Of a DNA stretch of 64,000 bases, positions 20,030 to 31,300 are shown piece by piece. The stretch is from Promethearchaeota archaeon (GTDB lineage Archaea > Asgardarchaeota > Lokiarchaeia > Sigyniarchaeales > SOKP01), in contig JBHLOC010000016.1 of NCBI GenBank assembly GCA_048940925.1, forward strand, positions 16,989-80,988. Reading direction: 5' to 3'. Each line of letters starts with the position of its first letter. The first letter of the stretch is position 1. Made by a program: the position numbers and the translations under genes. The notes beneath the pieces are model-generated. The model was not told the origin of the DNA, made no database searches, and saw nothing but the letters and a program-made list of their open reading frames with translations.

Positions 20030-20275
20030 TTTATTTTAATTGGGTTTATAATAACTTGTAATAAATTTAAGTACAAATTATTTAAAAACCACAAAAATTA
20101 TTTAAATTACAAATATTAAGAGAAAAAGTTGGATTTACTATTCATTTTCGAGGTTTTATAAAGAAATATCATAAAGACGGACTTTATAATAACAATATTT
20201 TTTTATTTTGGATATATTTTATTTTAAATAGGATCTATAAATTTATTTAATAAAATCTAATTAAATGGTCAAGAT

Positions 20276-21556
20276 ATGAAAAACACTTCATTCCAACATC
20301 CCTCAAAAGATATTGTCGAAAGTAAAGGAACTATTTTAAGAGGAAAAACAATTTGTTTGTGCTTAACGGGTTCAGTAGCTGTAATCTCTTCTCCTATTGT
20401 TGCTCGAGAACTTATGAGATTAGGAGCCGAAGTAATAAGTGTAATGTCTAAAGCCGCTACAAAATTAATTAATCCTGCTCTAATGGAATGGGCAACAGGA
20501 AATAAAGTAATCACTAAGTTAACTGGGGCTGTAGAACATGTTTATCTAGCGGGAGAAAGACCTAGAAGTGTTGGAAAAGCTGATTTAATTTTGATTTGTC
20601 CTGCCACTGCAAATACCATTTCAAAAATCGCATGCGGAATCGACGATACCTCAGTTACTACTGTTGTATCAACAGCATTTGGATCATCTATTCCCATAGT
20701 TATTGTACCTGCAATGCATGAAAGCATGTATAGACATCCTATTTTAGAGAAAAATGAAGAAAAGTTAAAAGAATGGGGGATCGAAATTTTAGGACCGAGA
20801 TTATCAGAGGGAAAAGCCAAAATTGCTAGAGTAGATGATATAATTGATAGGGTTATAGATTTATTAATTTCTGAGAAAAATTTAGAAGGCAAGAAAATCC
20901 TTATTACGGCAGGACCCACAAGAGAAGCAATAGATTCTGTTAGATTTGTTTCAAATAAGTCATCTGGAAAAATGGGAATAGAATTAGCAAAAGAAGCGGC
21001 AGCTAGAGGTGCTAATGTCTTGTTAATTGCTGGAGAGTGCATGGCAAAACTTCCAGATTATATAAACACTAAACACGTTGTATCTACTGATGATTTTATA
21101 AAGGCTGTTAAAGAAGAAATTTCATACAATCATTATGATTTATTCATTTCAGCTGCAGCAGTAAGTGATTATAAACCAATCGAATGTATTAACGGAAAAA
21201 TATCTTCTGATAGTGTAGAAGAATTACATCTTGATATGAAACTGACTCCAAAAATTATAAATGTTGCTAGAAAAAAGGATTACAATTTATTTATTGTTGC
21301 CTTTAAAGCAGAGACGAATGTTTCTAAAACTGAGTTAATTGAAAGAGCGTACAATAGACTCGTTAAATCTGAAGCAGATTTAGTTGTAGCAAATGATATT
21401 GGTAGAGATGATATTGGATTTAGTAGCAAATACAATGAAGTATTCATTATAGATAAGAAAAAACATATAACTCATGTTGAAAGAAATACTAAAAGGTTTA
21501 TAGCATCAAAAATACTTGATGTAGCTTTAGATGTTTATAAAAAAAGGGATCTTTAG
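20276..21556 (+). CDS. coaBC: Phosphopantothenoylcysteine decarboxylase/synthetase CoaBC
   Basis: TGSVAV, PATANTISKIACGIDD, PAMHESM, TAGPTREAIDSVRFVSNKSSGKMG, AAAVSDY, FKAET and VAND. Confidence 0.96.
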   Translation: MKNTSFQHPSKDIVESKGTILRGKTICLCLTGSVAVISSPIVARELMRLGAEVISVMSKAATKLINPALMEWATGNKVITKLTGAVEHVYLAGERPRSVGKADLILICPATANTISKIACGIDDTSVTTVVSTAFGSSIPIVIVPAMHESMYRHPILEKNEEKLKEWGIEILGPRLSEGKAKIARVDDIIDRVIDLLISEKNLEGKKILITAGPTREAIDSVRFVSNKSSGKMGIELAKEAAARGANVLLIAGECMAKLPDYINTKHVVSTDDFIKAVKEEISYNHYDLFISAAAVSDYKPIECINGKISSDSVEELHLDMKLTPKIINVARKKDYNLFIVAFKAETNVSKTELIERAYNRLVKSEADLVVANDIGRDDIGFSSKYNEVFIIDKKKHITHVERNTKRFIASKILDVALDVYKKRDL

Positions 21557-21825
21557 AGGTTAATTTTAATAAAAACTGTTAAATTTCTTTTTTCTTAACT
21601 CTCCTAAAATTTTAAAAATTAAGATCCCAATCAAAATATTTAAATAATAATTTACTTACTGTAAGAAGTGAAGAAATTAGTAATAGATAAGCTAATAATT
21701 GTTAGACAATAAGACCAATAGATTATTGTTTTATTATATAATTATTAAACAATAATAATTAGGAATATTTAAGTAAAAGTTTATAATTTGTTTAAAGCAT
21801 TAATAAAATTGAAAAGCAAAAGAGT

Positions 21826-24800
21826 GTGTCTAAAATTTCATCTAAAGAAGAAGGCAAGATAAAACAAGGTACCATCGCAGAATATATGCGAAAAAGAACA
21901 CAGCTTGTAGGTTTTGAGTTTGGATATTGGAAACATGTTCAATATTGTGCAGAATTTATAGATAACGCGCTTGATGCTATTGAAAGTTTTCAATGGAAGG
22001 AATTAAAAAGAACTGATTCAAAAGTAAAATTCTCCTTAGATCAAGAATTATTTTTAGAGAAATTCTCTATAGTAGAAGAAGCAAAAGAAGAAAAAAAATC
22101 TCAACACCTAGATGAGGAAGCAAAACATACCTTAATGCAAGAATTTGGTATTGAAACTACTGAAGTGCAACGGTCTACAGTCCAAGAATTAGAAGTAGAA
22201 GAAGAAGAATCTGGAGAAATTACAGATAAAGAAGAATTGGAAGTAGAAGAGGAGGTAAAAAGAATTATTGACGATATGCAGGAACTTATTAAACCTGTTG
22301 AATATATTATTGATGTTGAACCAATTTGTATAGTTCGTATAAGAGAATTTGAAGCGCCCTCGTTTTTAACATCTGAAATAAGTCAAAAAAATGTTATGAG
22401 TTTTACTTTCGAAATTTTTGATAATGGAACTGGAATGTCAAAGATAGATTTAAGAAAATTTGGAAGATACTTAGCTTCATCAAAATCTATAGAACTTAAA
22501 CAAACACGCGGAAGTCAAGGATTTGGTGCTCCTAGTGCATTTAGTGACGCTCAAAACACTACTGGCAGGCCTATTATCACTGTTTCAAAGACTGTTGATA
22601 ATGTTTATGCAACAGTAACCGAATTTTTCACAACTTCCAAAAATGAGAAAAAGTATTTAATTCACCCCTCAGAGATAGACAGTCCATTTCTTCATGGAAC
22701 ATACATCAAGTTAAATTATCTTAATGTAAAATACGTCAGGGGTTATGTTGAAAAATATATTGAAGAAACCGCATTTATGAACCCTCATATAACTATTATT
22801 TATATTGATCCGGAAGGAAAGGAAAAGATTTATCGAAGATTAGCTTCTTCTTTTCCCAAAGAACCCAAATACGCCAAACCACATCCTTCGTCTGTTAACA
22901 TTGGAGATTTGCAGGATTTAATAACGAAGTCAGATAACAAAAATATTACCGCTTTCTTAAAAGAAAATTTTGTTAGAATTAGTTCTAGAACAGCCAAAGA
23001 AATTGTAGAATTAGCAGAAAAATTTCTTCAAGATAAATTAAACCTCTTGATTCTTGAAAAGGGTTTTGTAACTAAAGTTCAAAAAAAAATTGATAAAATA
23101 TATTTCCTAAAATTTGAAAAACGAGTATTTGGACGATCAAATAAACCAAGAGATAAATTAATTATATATGAAATTGAATCTTTAGATTTGAAAGAAGATT
23201 TTTGGAAATTTATGGATGAATATAATAAAATTGATAAGAAACAGGAAAAGATTAATAAAGAGATAAGAAAACATAATAATCGAATTGAAAAATCTGAAAC
23301 CCAAAGAGAAATCAAAAACATTGAAAAAGAAGTAAAAAAGTTAATGAAAAATATAGATAATATTAAAAAAGAAAAAGAAAAATTAAAACTTCAAGTGAGT
23401 AATCTTTTTGAAACTAAAAAAGATGGTTTAATTGAATTAAAAAAAATTAAAAATCGAAGTGATTTCGAAGATTTAGTTAATGAAGTTCAAATTTCTAAAG
23501 TCAAACCAATTGATTTAACCAAAGAACAATTTAATTCTCTTTTTCTTGCTTTTAAATCTATAAAATACCTAGCACCACCTACAGACACAGCTATTCCTGT
23601 AGGTGATTCTATCTTAGAGAACACACTAATTAAGGAAATTGGACTAAAAATCTCAGAAAATCTGGATGATTTTGATTTACCACTAGATAACATAAAACAA
23701 ACAACTGAAATCTTATTAAAAGAAAAACACAAACTATTAAAAAATGAAGATCCTAAGATAAGGGAGAACATGATAAATAATATATCTATTGATTCTGATG
23801 AAATCATTAATATAAGCTCTGAAATATTAGGAAGTATCGAAATTGTAGAGGGAAAAGAAGATGATGAACAATACACACAATATATTGATGATATTCTTAC
23901 TTTTTCTGAATTAGAACCTATTGAAAGTTATACGAATTTATTTGAATATTTTATTGAGAATTATACTAGAGATGATGATTTTGTCGCTGCTGAAACAAGA
24001 GCTCCGACAAGTGGAAAAGGTTTAGCTTATGTTGTTGAAGCTGTATTGGCTTATTCTAGAAATATTGAAATACCAAAACGTTCTAGAGATGTTTTATCAA
24101 GATTTGTAAACAGAACTCCTAAACTTAGAGATAGCGCAGATTGTGCTATAACTAAAGCAGTTCAATCAGTAAATTGGAAAAATTATAATTTAGATACATA
24201 TGATAATGGACTCCCAAAGGGACCAATTAAATTATTGGTTAATGTTTCTGGTCCTTTTGTTCATTTAATGTTTAAATCTCAATCAAAAAACGCTTTAGCT
24301 GATGACGAAGATTTAATTAAAGAAATTAAATATTGTCTTGAAGCAATTGGGAGAAGATTACGTGTCTATCTTAATAGAAAAGCGAGTCTTCGTAAAACTG
24401 AGAAAAGAGCTAGTTTAATTGACAAATATATACCTATTTTCGTTGAAAGCATTTATAATATTGCAACACAGGGTAATAGCATATATAAAGCGAAGATTAA
24501 TGTAAAAGAATTAGAAGATTTAATGAGAGGGGCAATTGGTAAAAAACCTGCACCTAAAGCTTTAAAAGAGCCAGAATTACCTTCTAAAACCGAAACCATA
24601 GAGAAAGAACTAAAAAAAGAAGAAATCAAGCCAGAAGAACCTAAAGAAACTGAAGTAATTAGTGCAGTAAAACCAATAAAAGAAAAAATACATATTGAAA
24701 AACCCCAAATTTCCAAGAAAACTCTGTTGAATTGGAATGTAAAAGAACTTAGAGATTATTGTAATGAAAGCAATATTTATGTTCCATCTAAAGCTAGAAA

Positions 24801-25200
24801 GGCTGAAATCATAGAAAAAATATTAAAATCATTTGCTGAAGAAAGAGTAATAGAAAAACCAGAAATAATACCTGTAGAAAAACAAATAGTCTCCAAGAAG
24901 ATTGCTGTAATGAAACCCTCAAAAAAACCTGCAATTGCTCAAGAAATAATAAAGCCAAAACCTAAACCAAAACTAGCCAAAACACAACCAACTCAAACAA
25001 CATTACCAGTCATAACAACTGATAAAATACTAGAAGCATTATCAGATGAGTGGCAAACCATTAAACATCTTATATTTAAATTAAAAATTAAGGATATGAT
25101 GGATGCTAGATATCTTCAACTCAAACTCAAAGAATTAGAACGTAAAGGAGAAGTTTTAGTAGAAATTAAGATGGGTAGAAAGCATTGGAAATTAAAATAG
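21826..25200 (+). CDS. top6B: DNA topoisomerase VI subunit B, greatly expanded (1124 aa)
   Basis: GHKL motifs EFIDNALDA, DNGTGM, QTRGSQGFG and HGT; KPHP; transducer RFVNRTP and FKSQSK. Carries several insertions and a C-terminal tail. Adjacent to subunit A. Confidence 0.93.
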   Translation: MSKISSKEEGKIKQGTIAEYMRKRTQLVGFEFGYWKHVQYCAEFIDNALDAIESFQWKELKRTDSKVKFSLDQELFLEKFSIVEEAKEEKKSQHLDEEAKHTLMQEFGIETTEVQRSTVQELEVEEEESGEITDKEELEVEEEVKRIIDDMQELIKPVEYIIDVEPICIVRIREFEAPSFLTSEISQKNVMSFTFEIFDNGTGMSKIDLRKFGRYLASSKSIELKQTRGSQGFGAPSAFSDAQNTTGRPIITVSKTVDNVYATVTEFFTTSKNEKKYLIHPSEIDSPFLHGTYIKLNYLNVKYVRGYVEKYIEETAFMNPHITIIYIDPEGKEKIYRRLASSFPKEPKYAKPHPSSVNIGDLQDLITKSDNKNITAFLKENFVRISSRTAKEIVELAEKFLQDKLNLLILEKGFVTKVQKKIDKIYFLKFEKRVFGRSNKPRDKLIIYEIESLDLKEDFWKFMDEYNKIDKKQEKINKEIRKHNNRIEKSETQREIKNIEKEVKKLMKNIDNIKKEKEKLKLQVSNLFETKKDGLIELKKIKNRSDFEDLVNEVQISKVKPIDLTKEQFNSLFLAFKSIKYLAPPTDTAIPVGDSILENTLIKEIGLKISENLDDFDLPLDNIKQTTEILLKEKHKLLKNEDPKIRENMINNISIDSDEIINISSEILGSIEIVEGKEDDEQYTQYIDDILTFSELEPIESYTNLFEYFIENYTRDDDFVAAETRAPTSGKGLAYVVEAVLAYSRNIEIPKRSRDVLSRFVNRTPKLRDSADCAITKAVQSVNWKNYNLDTYDNGLPKGPIKLLVNVSGPFVHLMFKSQSKNALADDEDLIKEIKYCLEAIGRRLRVYLNRKASLRKTEKRASLIDKYIPIFVESIYNIATQGNSIYKAKINVKELEDLMRGAIGKKPAPKALKEPELPSKTETIEKELKKEEIKPEEPKETEVISAVKPIKEKIHIEKPQISKKTLLNWNVKELRDYCNESNIYVPSKARKAEIIEKILKSFAEERVIEKPEIIPVEKQIVSKKIAVMKPSKKPAIAQEIIKPKPKPKLAKTQPTQTTLPVITTDKILEALSDEWQTIKHLIFKLKIKDMMDARYLQLKLKELERKGEVLVEIKMGRKHWKLK

Positions 25201-25204
25201 AAAG

Positions 25205-25209
25205 GGTGA
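25205..25209 (+). promoter_or_regulatory. Shine-Dalgarno motif GGTGA of top6A
   Basis: GGTGA, a 6-nt spacer, then ATG at 25216. Confidence 0.7.
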
Positions 25210-25215
25210 ATAATT

Positions 25216-26403
25216 ATGAGTGAAAAAGCAAAAAGTAAAGAATGGGATTTAAAGGCTGCTAAAAGTTTGTTTAATGAATATTTAGAGAAAGGAAGTGAAG
25301 ATAAACCTATTGAACTCCCTCCTGATACCGTTAAAATAGATGATCTTAAAAGAAAAGAAGCTCTTGAAAGATTATATTTATTGATTGATGATGTGTTAAA
25401 AAAAATATATGATACAGGTCGTCCATCTATACAACTTCCTTCAAGAACAAGTTCAAATATTATTTGGGATGAAGAAAATGATTTATTACTTCTTGGTAAG
25501 CAAATAATGGAAAAACAGTTTCACTCACTTACAAGTGTGGCAGACATTACACGGTTAATAAAAGTGTTAGAAAAGGTTAATGAGTTATTGATAAAAGATT
25601 TACATGCTACCAAAAGAGAAATTTTTTATTCTGATGTTAAATTATTCCAAGATCAAAAAAACAGTGATAAGAGCATTGAAGATGTTGCTACTATGCTTTA
25701 TACTACTAGAAACGCTACTCACATTGTAGCTTCAGCCAAGGGTTCCTGTATTGGCAGACTTAGAATTAGAGATAAAAATGATATTATCGATTTAGAAGGA
25801 TTGGGCAGTGGAGGGTGGACAATAAGCCCAATGCTCGATAATATTGAAATAATTGAATCAGATGCGGAGTTCATAATTGTTGTAGAGAAAGATGCAGCTA
25901 TGATAAGGTTATCAGAAGCTCGCTTTTGGCGAAAATATCCATGTATTATATTGACGGCAAAGGGTGCCGCTGATATTGCAACCAGAATGTTTTTAAGAAA
26001 ATTAAGTAAAGATTTAAATCTCCCAGTTTTTAGTTTAGTTGATAGTGATCCATATGGTCATTATATTCATTCAGTTTATCTAAGAGGATCAAAACGATTA
26101 AGTTATGAATCTCCATTTCTAGCTACGCCAGATATTAAATTATTAGGAGTTTTAACCAGAGATTTAGATAAATATAATGTACCAAATGATTGTAGACTTT
26201 CAATGAACAAAATGGATATTAAAAGGACAAAAGAACTTCTTAAGGAAGATTTTGTCATAAAAAATAAACAGTGGGAACAAGATCTTAAATTAGCACTTAA
26301 TTTAAAGATTAAAGCAGAAATTCAAGCGTTATCGTCACATGGATTTGAATTCTTAACTGATGAATATTTACCAGAAAAATTAACCACGGGTGATTGGATA
26401 TGA
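25216..26403 (+). CDS. top6A: DNA topoisomerase VI subunit A (Spo11 family)
   Basis: TKREIFY with the catalytic Tyr, Toprim VVEKDA, DSDPYG and KAEIQAL. Confidence 0.96.
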   Translation: MSEKAKSKEWDLKAAKSLFNEYLEKGSEDKPIELPPDTVKIDDLKRKEALERLYLLIDDVLKKIYDTGRPSIQLPSRTSSNIIWDEENDLLLLGKQIMEKQFHSLTSVADITRLIKVLEKVNELLIKDLHATKREIFYSDVKLFQDQKNSDKSIEDVATMLYTTRNATHIVASAKGSCIGRLRIRDKNDIIDLEGLGSGGWTISPMLDNIEIIESDAEFIIVVEKDAAMIRLSEARFWRKYPCIILTAKGAADIATRMFLRKLSKDLNLPVFSLVDSDPYGHYIHSVYLRGSKRLSYESPFLATPDIKLLGVLTRDLDKYNVPNDCRLSMNKMDIKRTKELLKEDFVIKNKQWEQDLKLALNLKIKAEIQALSSHGFEFLTDEYLPEKLTTGDWI

Positions 26404-26918
26404 AAATTTTTCTTAAAAAAGATGGTGGAGCTGTTCAATTAATTGATAAAGAAAAAATGCAAGAATGGCCTGTTGAACTTCCCTTAATTTTTATTGAATA
26501 CATTCGAAATAATCAATTAAAAAATTATGATGATGCGAAAGTAAGAGTAGAATTAGAGAAGTACCTTGATGAAATTTTAAAAGACGTGGCAATACCTAGA
26601 TTGATAGGCGTCTTAGAAGGAAACAATATAGAAGAAATCATTTTAGCTCTAACGAGAATTGAAGAAATTTCAAAAAATAAAATTGAAATGGTTAAACCAA
26701 TTAAACCTTATTTGGAAAAATTATCGGAGATGAAAAATACTCAAATTATTAAATTAACCCAAAAGATTTCAAATAATTTTCAAAAAGCAGAGAGAAGAAA
26801 AGAGTTAATAAAAAAAAGAAAAATAATGCGCGAGAAAGAGAAATTATTCTTAGAAGGAAAAATAAATGGACAAGAATATGCAAATGCTAGAAAGGAATAT
26901 TTAACATTGAAAGATTAA
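26400..26918 (+). CDS. Hypothetical helical protein translationally coupled to top6A (start ATG 26400)
   Basis: ATGA overlap with the top6A stop, and GGTGA at 26389-26393 lies 6 nt upstream. Short HEAT-like stretch and an SHOCT-like C-terminus (EGKINGQEYANARKEYL). Confidence 0.75.
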   Translation: MKIFLKKDGGAVQLIDKEKMQEWPVELPLIFIEYIRNNQLKNYDDAKVRVELEKYLDEILKDVAIPRLIGVLEGNNIEEIILALTRIEEISKNKIEMVKPIKPYLEKLSEMKNTQIIKLTQKISNNFQKAERRKELIKKRKIMREKEKLFLEGKINGQEYANARKEYLTLKD

Positions 26919-26929
26919 TTTTAATTCAT

Positions 26930-27610
26930 ATGAATTGGGAAAAAGAAAAAATAAATTATAATAATTTTATTATTGAAAACAAAGTAATTGGTTTATTTAA
27001 GGAACCAATAGTATTGAAATCAGGTAGAGAATCATACTGGTATGTTAATTGGAGAAATATAGCTTCTGATGTCTATTTACTTGATAAATTAACTGATTAT
27101 TTACTGTCCTATACAGATTACTTAGATCTTAAACCTAATTGTTTTTATGGAGTACCAGAAGGGGCAAGTAAATTAGGAATTATAACCCAATATAAGTGGG
27201 CAAAAAGGCATAAGATTTACAATGCTGGACTTTATACTTTATCAATGGGGAGAGGGCTAAAAAAAGAGCATGGTGACCCGAAAGATAGAGTTTTTTTAGG
27301 AACCCCCAATGGTAAAGTTATAATTTTAGAAGATGTGGTGACAACTGGTGATTCACTGGTTGGAACTATTAAAGAATTAAAGAAAATAGGTATTAACCCT
27401 GTCGCTGCTCTTGTATTGACTGATAGAAACGAGTTACGAGATGATGGCAAGAGTGTAGAAGAAATTATCCTAGAACAAGATGTTAAATATTATGCGATGA
27501 GTAATGCTAAAGAATTACTACCAAAACTTAAATTAGATAAAGAAATAGCGAAAAAAATAGAAGGATACTATAAAAAATATGGCTCTGAAGAGATTATACT
27601 AACCAATTAA
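26930..27610 (+). CDS. pyrE: Orotate phosphoribosyltransferase
   Basis: LKSGRESYWY, KKEHG and the PRPP-binding loop VIILEDVVTTGDS. Confidence 0.88.
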   Translation: MNWEKEKINYNNFIIENKVIGLFKEPIVLKSGRESYWYVNWRNIASDVYLLDKLTDYLLSYTDYLDLKPNCFYGVPEGASKLGIITQYKWAKRHKIYNAGLYTLSMGRGLKKEHGDPKDRVFLGTPNGKVIILEDVVTTGDSLVGTIKELKKIGINPVAALVLTDRNELRDDGKSVEEIILEQDVKYYAMSNAKELLPKLKLDKEIAKKIEGYYKKYGSEEIILTN

Positions 27611-27634
27611 CTATAAGAGAGATATTAATACCAT

Positions 27635-28207
27635 TTATGTGTTTGTTAAAAAAAAATCTCGCCAGATTTTTATCAAATTATAAATAAATTTATAAAGTAA
27701 CTTTTCAGATATTGTTAACCTTCTCTCATCTTCCAATGATAATTCTGCTTTGGATAACTTCAATAATTTAAGTAATCTTGTATCAATTACGCTTGCTGTA
27801 TATGAATTAAATCTATCAAGATCAATTACTGGCTTTTTTTTGAGTTTAATATCATTTTCTATAAATATTTTGAACTCCTTAATTTTGGTCAATAAGTAAT
27901 TATTATCCAATCTAATCAATTTAGGGTCATCTTTTTCCCTTATAGCATATCGTTGAACATCAACACTATCACATTTATCAGACTCATCTACTTTTAAGAT
28001 CTCATCTTCAATAAAAGGAATAGCAGAAAACATTTTTAGCTTATATTTTTTTCCTTTTTCAAAAGGACCAAAAGATTCCCCTAATAAAGTAAACCCGTTA
28101 TGACTTTTAATACAATCTGTATTAATTTTTTCATTTTTAAAACTAAATTTAATTCTATTTAGTGAACTTGCTAATTGGTCTTCGAACTTTTCCAATAATT
28201 CTCTCAC
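27635..28207 (-). CDS. Probable DNA replication complex GINS subunit, GINS23 (Psf2/Psf3-type BA order)
   Basis: N-terminal beta B-domain (FGPFEKGKKYKLKMFSAIPFIE) followed by a helical A-domain (RLLKLLKLS...LTISEKLLYKFIYNLIKIWRDFF). Close to mcm. Confidence 0.68.
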   Translation of the reverse strand: MRELLEKFEDQLASSLNRIKFSFKNEKINTDCIKSHNGFTLLGESFGPFEKGKKYKLKMFSAIPFIEDEILKVDESDKCDSVDVQRYAIREKDDPKLIRLDNNYLLTKIKEFKIFIENDIKLKKKPVIDLDRFNSYTASVIDTRLLKLLKLSKAELSLEDERRLTISEKLLYKFIYNLIKIWRDFFLTNT

Positions 28208-28302
28208 CAGATTTAATAAATTAAAAAATCTTTATATAATATACAGAAGTATTTCAAGAGAATTAAATATCATATTAAATTATTAATATTCTACCGATTT
28301 GA

Positions 28303-31300
28303 GTGATATTATTGATTTTAGAAATAATTTTACTTATAATATTTATTGCCTTTTTCATTTTTGGTTTTTATATAATTTTCAGACAAGTTTCATTAGTTAA
28401 GAAAGGCGAATTCAATATAAAAGATCGTCTTCAATGTGTGGTTTATGGAATCATTTTTAGTATGGCAGTTATGGTTGTAATTACAGTTGCCTTTATATTC
28501 ACCGTAAAAACACCCGAATTTTGGGAAACAACGCCCCCCGAAGTACATCCATTAGCATTACTTATACCTTTTACATTCTGTTTAGTTTATATTTCATTAT
28601 ACCCCCTTGTCGATTTTCTTTATATTGCTTTAAGTAAAGAGTCAGATGAGGGTTTAACACCCTTTCATAAATTTATTAGTGAACATATAATTAATAGATT
28701 TAAGAAAAAATCTCTTGCAATCATATTTGCTATAATCTTTTTTGCTTTAGTTTTTTTTCTAACTCCTCTTCTTTTAGTACTTATTGGATTGCCTTTTATA
28801 ATTGGATGGTTAACTTTTGTGCTTATATACCCTTTAATGATATTAACATATTATGGTTCTAAGGGATATATTGCTGGAATTTCAAATGTTTATTATCATA
28901 TTCCCGATATAAGAAGGTCTATATTTCTTAATTTTGAAGATAGTAAGAGAGGAATGAAGCAATTTGCTTCTAATCCAGGACCATATATTGTTTTTGGATT
29001 AATGTTATTTGTTTTTATATGGGCATGGTTTTCTTTAATCCAAACAATTGCTTTCTTTTTTACAAAATCTCTAGCAATATCAACAATGTCTTCCATATTT
29101 GTATTTGTAACCCTTTTTTTTGGAATAATGGGATATTTCACCCGTTTTTGGGGAAGAAAGATAAAATATCGAGGAATAGATATTTATTTTGCTGCTTATC
29201 TTATGGCAGCGATAGGAATTAATGTTTTAGTCAATTTTTTAATAGTAAATCCAAATAAATTATTTTATACTTTTAATTTATGGAATTTAACGAACCAAAT
29301 AGTACCCAATTATTATTTATTAGCTTGGGCAGCAGCAATTGAAGAAATAGTATTAGTTATTTTCACATCATATTACTTTTTAGCTAAAAAAAATGAATTT
29401 TTAAGAAATATTCGTTATTCCAGTATCACTAAAAGTGGTCAAACCTTTGATCCAATCCCATTATTTAACCTTATCAAAAATCAAGATCTTAAAATAAGAA
29501 AACATGCAGAAGAAACTCTAATTTTAATGTTTGAAAGAATTCCTCTTAAATCTGATATAAATCTAAATGAATGGAAATATAAATATTTAATATTTGATGG
29601 GTTATGTGATTCTGATCCAAATTCAAGAAGAATATCTTACAAAATTTTGACCCAATTAGAGGAAGATGTTCCAGATATTATATTACCTTGGATAATTGAA
29701 TCATTAAAATCTCCAAATTATGATAAAAGTATCCCAATATTAAGATCTTTATTAACAATAGATATAAATCTTTTAGAAAAATTACCAAATGATTTGATCC
29801 TTAGTCTTATTGAAGATACTGAATGGAGAACTCGAATATTAGGATTGAAAGTAATATCTCGATTACTTGATAAAAATAAAGATTTAATTGAATATTTAAA
29901 TATTATAAAATTAATAAATGACCCCAATAGTAAAGTTCAAGTAGAAATTCTTAAAATCATTTCTAATTCTTCTTTGATACTCCCTATTGAAATAATATTT
30001 GATAAAATTAATCATTCAAATAAGGAAATTAGCTCAATAGCTATTAAAAGCTTAAAAAATCTTGAAATAAAGGAATTTGATCCTAAATTAGTTCCACAAA
30101 TCGTTCCATTAATGAAAGATCCTTCTAGTTTAATTAGATCATCCATATTTGGTGTATTTGCCAAAATTGGAAATTTTAAAAAGTATAAAATTCCAATTTT
30201 ACCATTTTTAGAAGGATTAACTGATTCTAATGAAAATGTTAGAAATTCTGCAGTATTAGCACTTGAAAAATATTATACCGAACAACCTTCTTCCTTAGAT
30301 CTAGATTTAATAATAAATAAAATTGATCCAAATAATTATGATCAGTTGAACAGTATTATAATTTTACTTGGTAAACTATGGGAATTTAATCCGGAAAAAA
30401 TATTAATGACATTATTAAATTACATAAAAATTGAAAGTGAAAAATTACAAGAAGATATTTCTAAAATCCTAATTGAAAAATATATCAAAAATCCCGATTT
30501 GATAATTGGAAATTTAATTAAAGTTCCCGATATTTCTAAACATATTACTAAGGGTATAATATCAAGAACAATAATTAATATTGGTAAAAGATATCCTAAT
30601 AAAGTAATTCAAAAGTTACTCTCTTATCTGCAAAATGAAAATGACAACATAAGACTAAATGCTATTATCTCACTAGAAGGATTAGTTGATGAGTTCAATA
30701 TAATTATTGAAATAAAACCAATAATAGCATTATTACAAACCGATAAAAATAATCAAATAAAGAAGGAAGCTTCAAAAGTTATATCGGAAATTGCTAAGAA
30801 TGATCCTTCTTTAATAAAACCATTTATTTCTGAATTTATTCAAGCATTTAATAAACAAGAATTATCAGTAAAGATCGTTCTTTCTAAATCATTATTAGAT
30901 ATAGCAAAAGTTTCTCCAGAAATTATTCCTATTAGTAATATTATTAACTTTATTTCAGATTCAGATTCTTTCATTCGTGAGACAAATACAAAAATTTTAG
31001 GATTAATAGGATATAAACTTCCTTTACCTGTTATAGACGTTTTAATAAATCAAGCTTTAAAAGATGAAGAATGGATTGTCAGAGAAGCAGCCATTTCAAG
31101 TTTAGGAAAAATAATTGAACATGTAGAGAAAAAGGAACATATTATTAAGAAACTTATTCCCTTACTTAAAGATGATCAAAATTGGGTCCGTAGAACTACA
31201 ATGAACATTTTATCAAATATTAAGGAAGTCAATGAAAAACAAATACCGTTTGAGATCATACTTCAAAATCTATCCAGCGAAGACTCTAAAGTTAGGGAAG

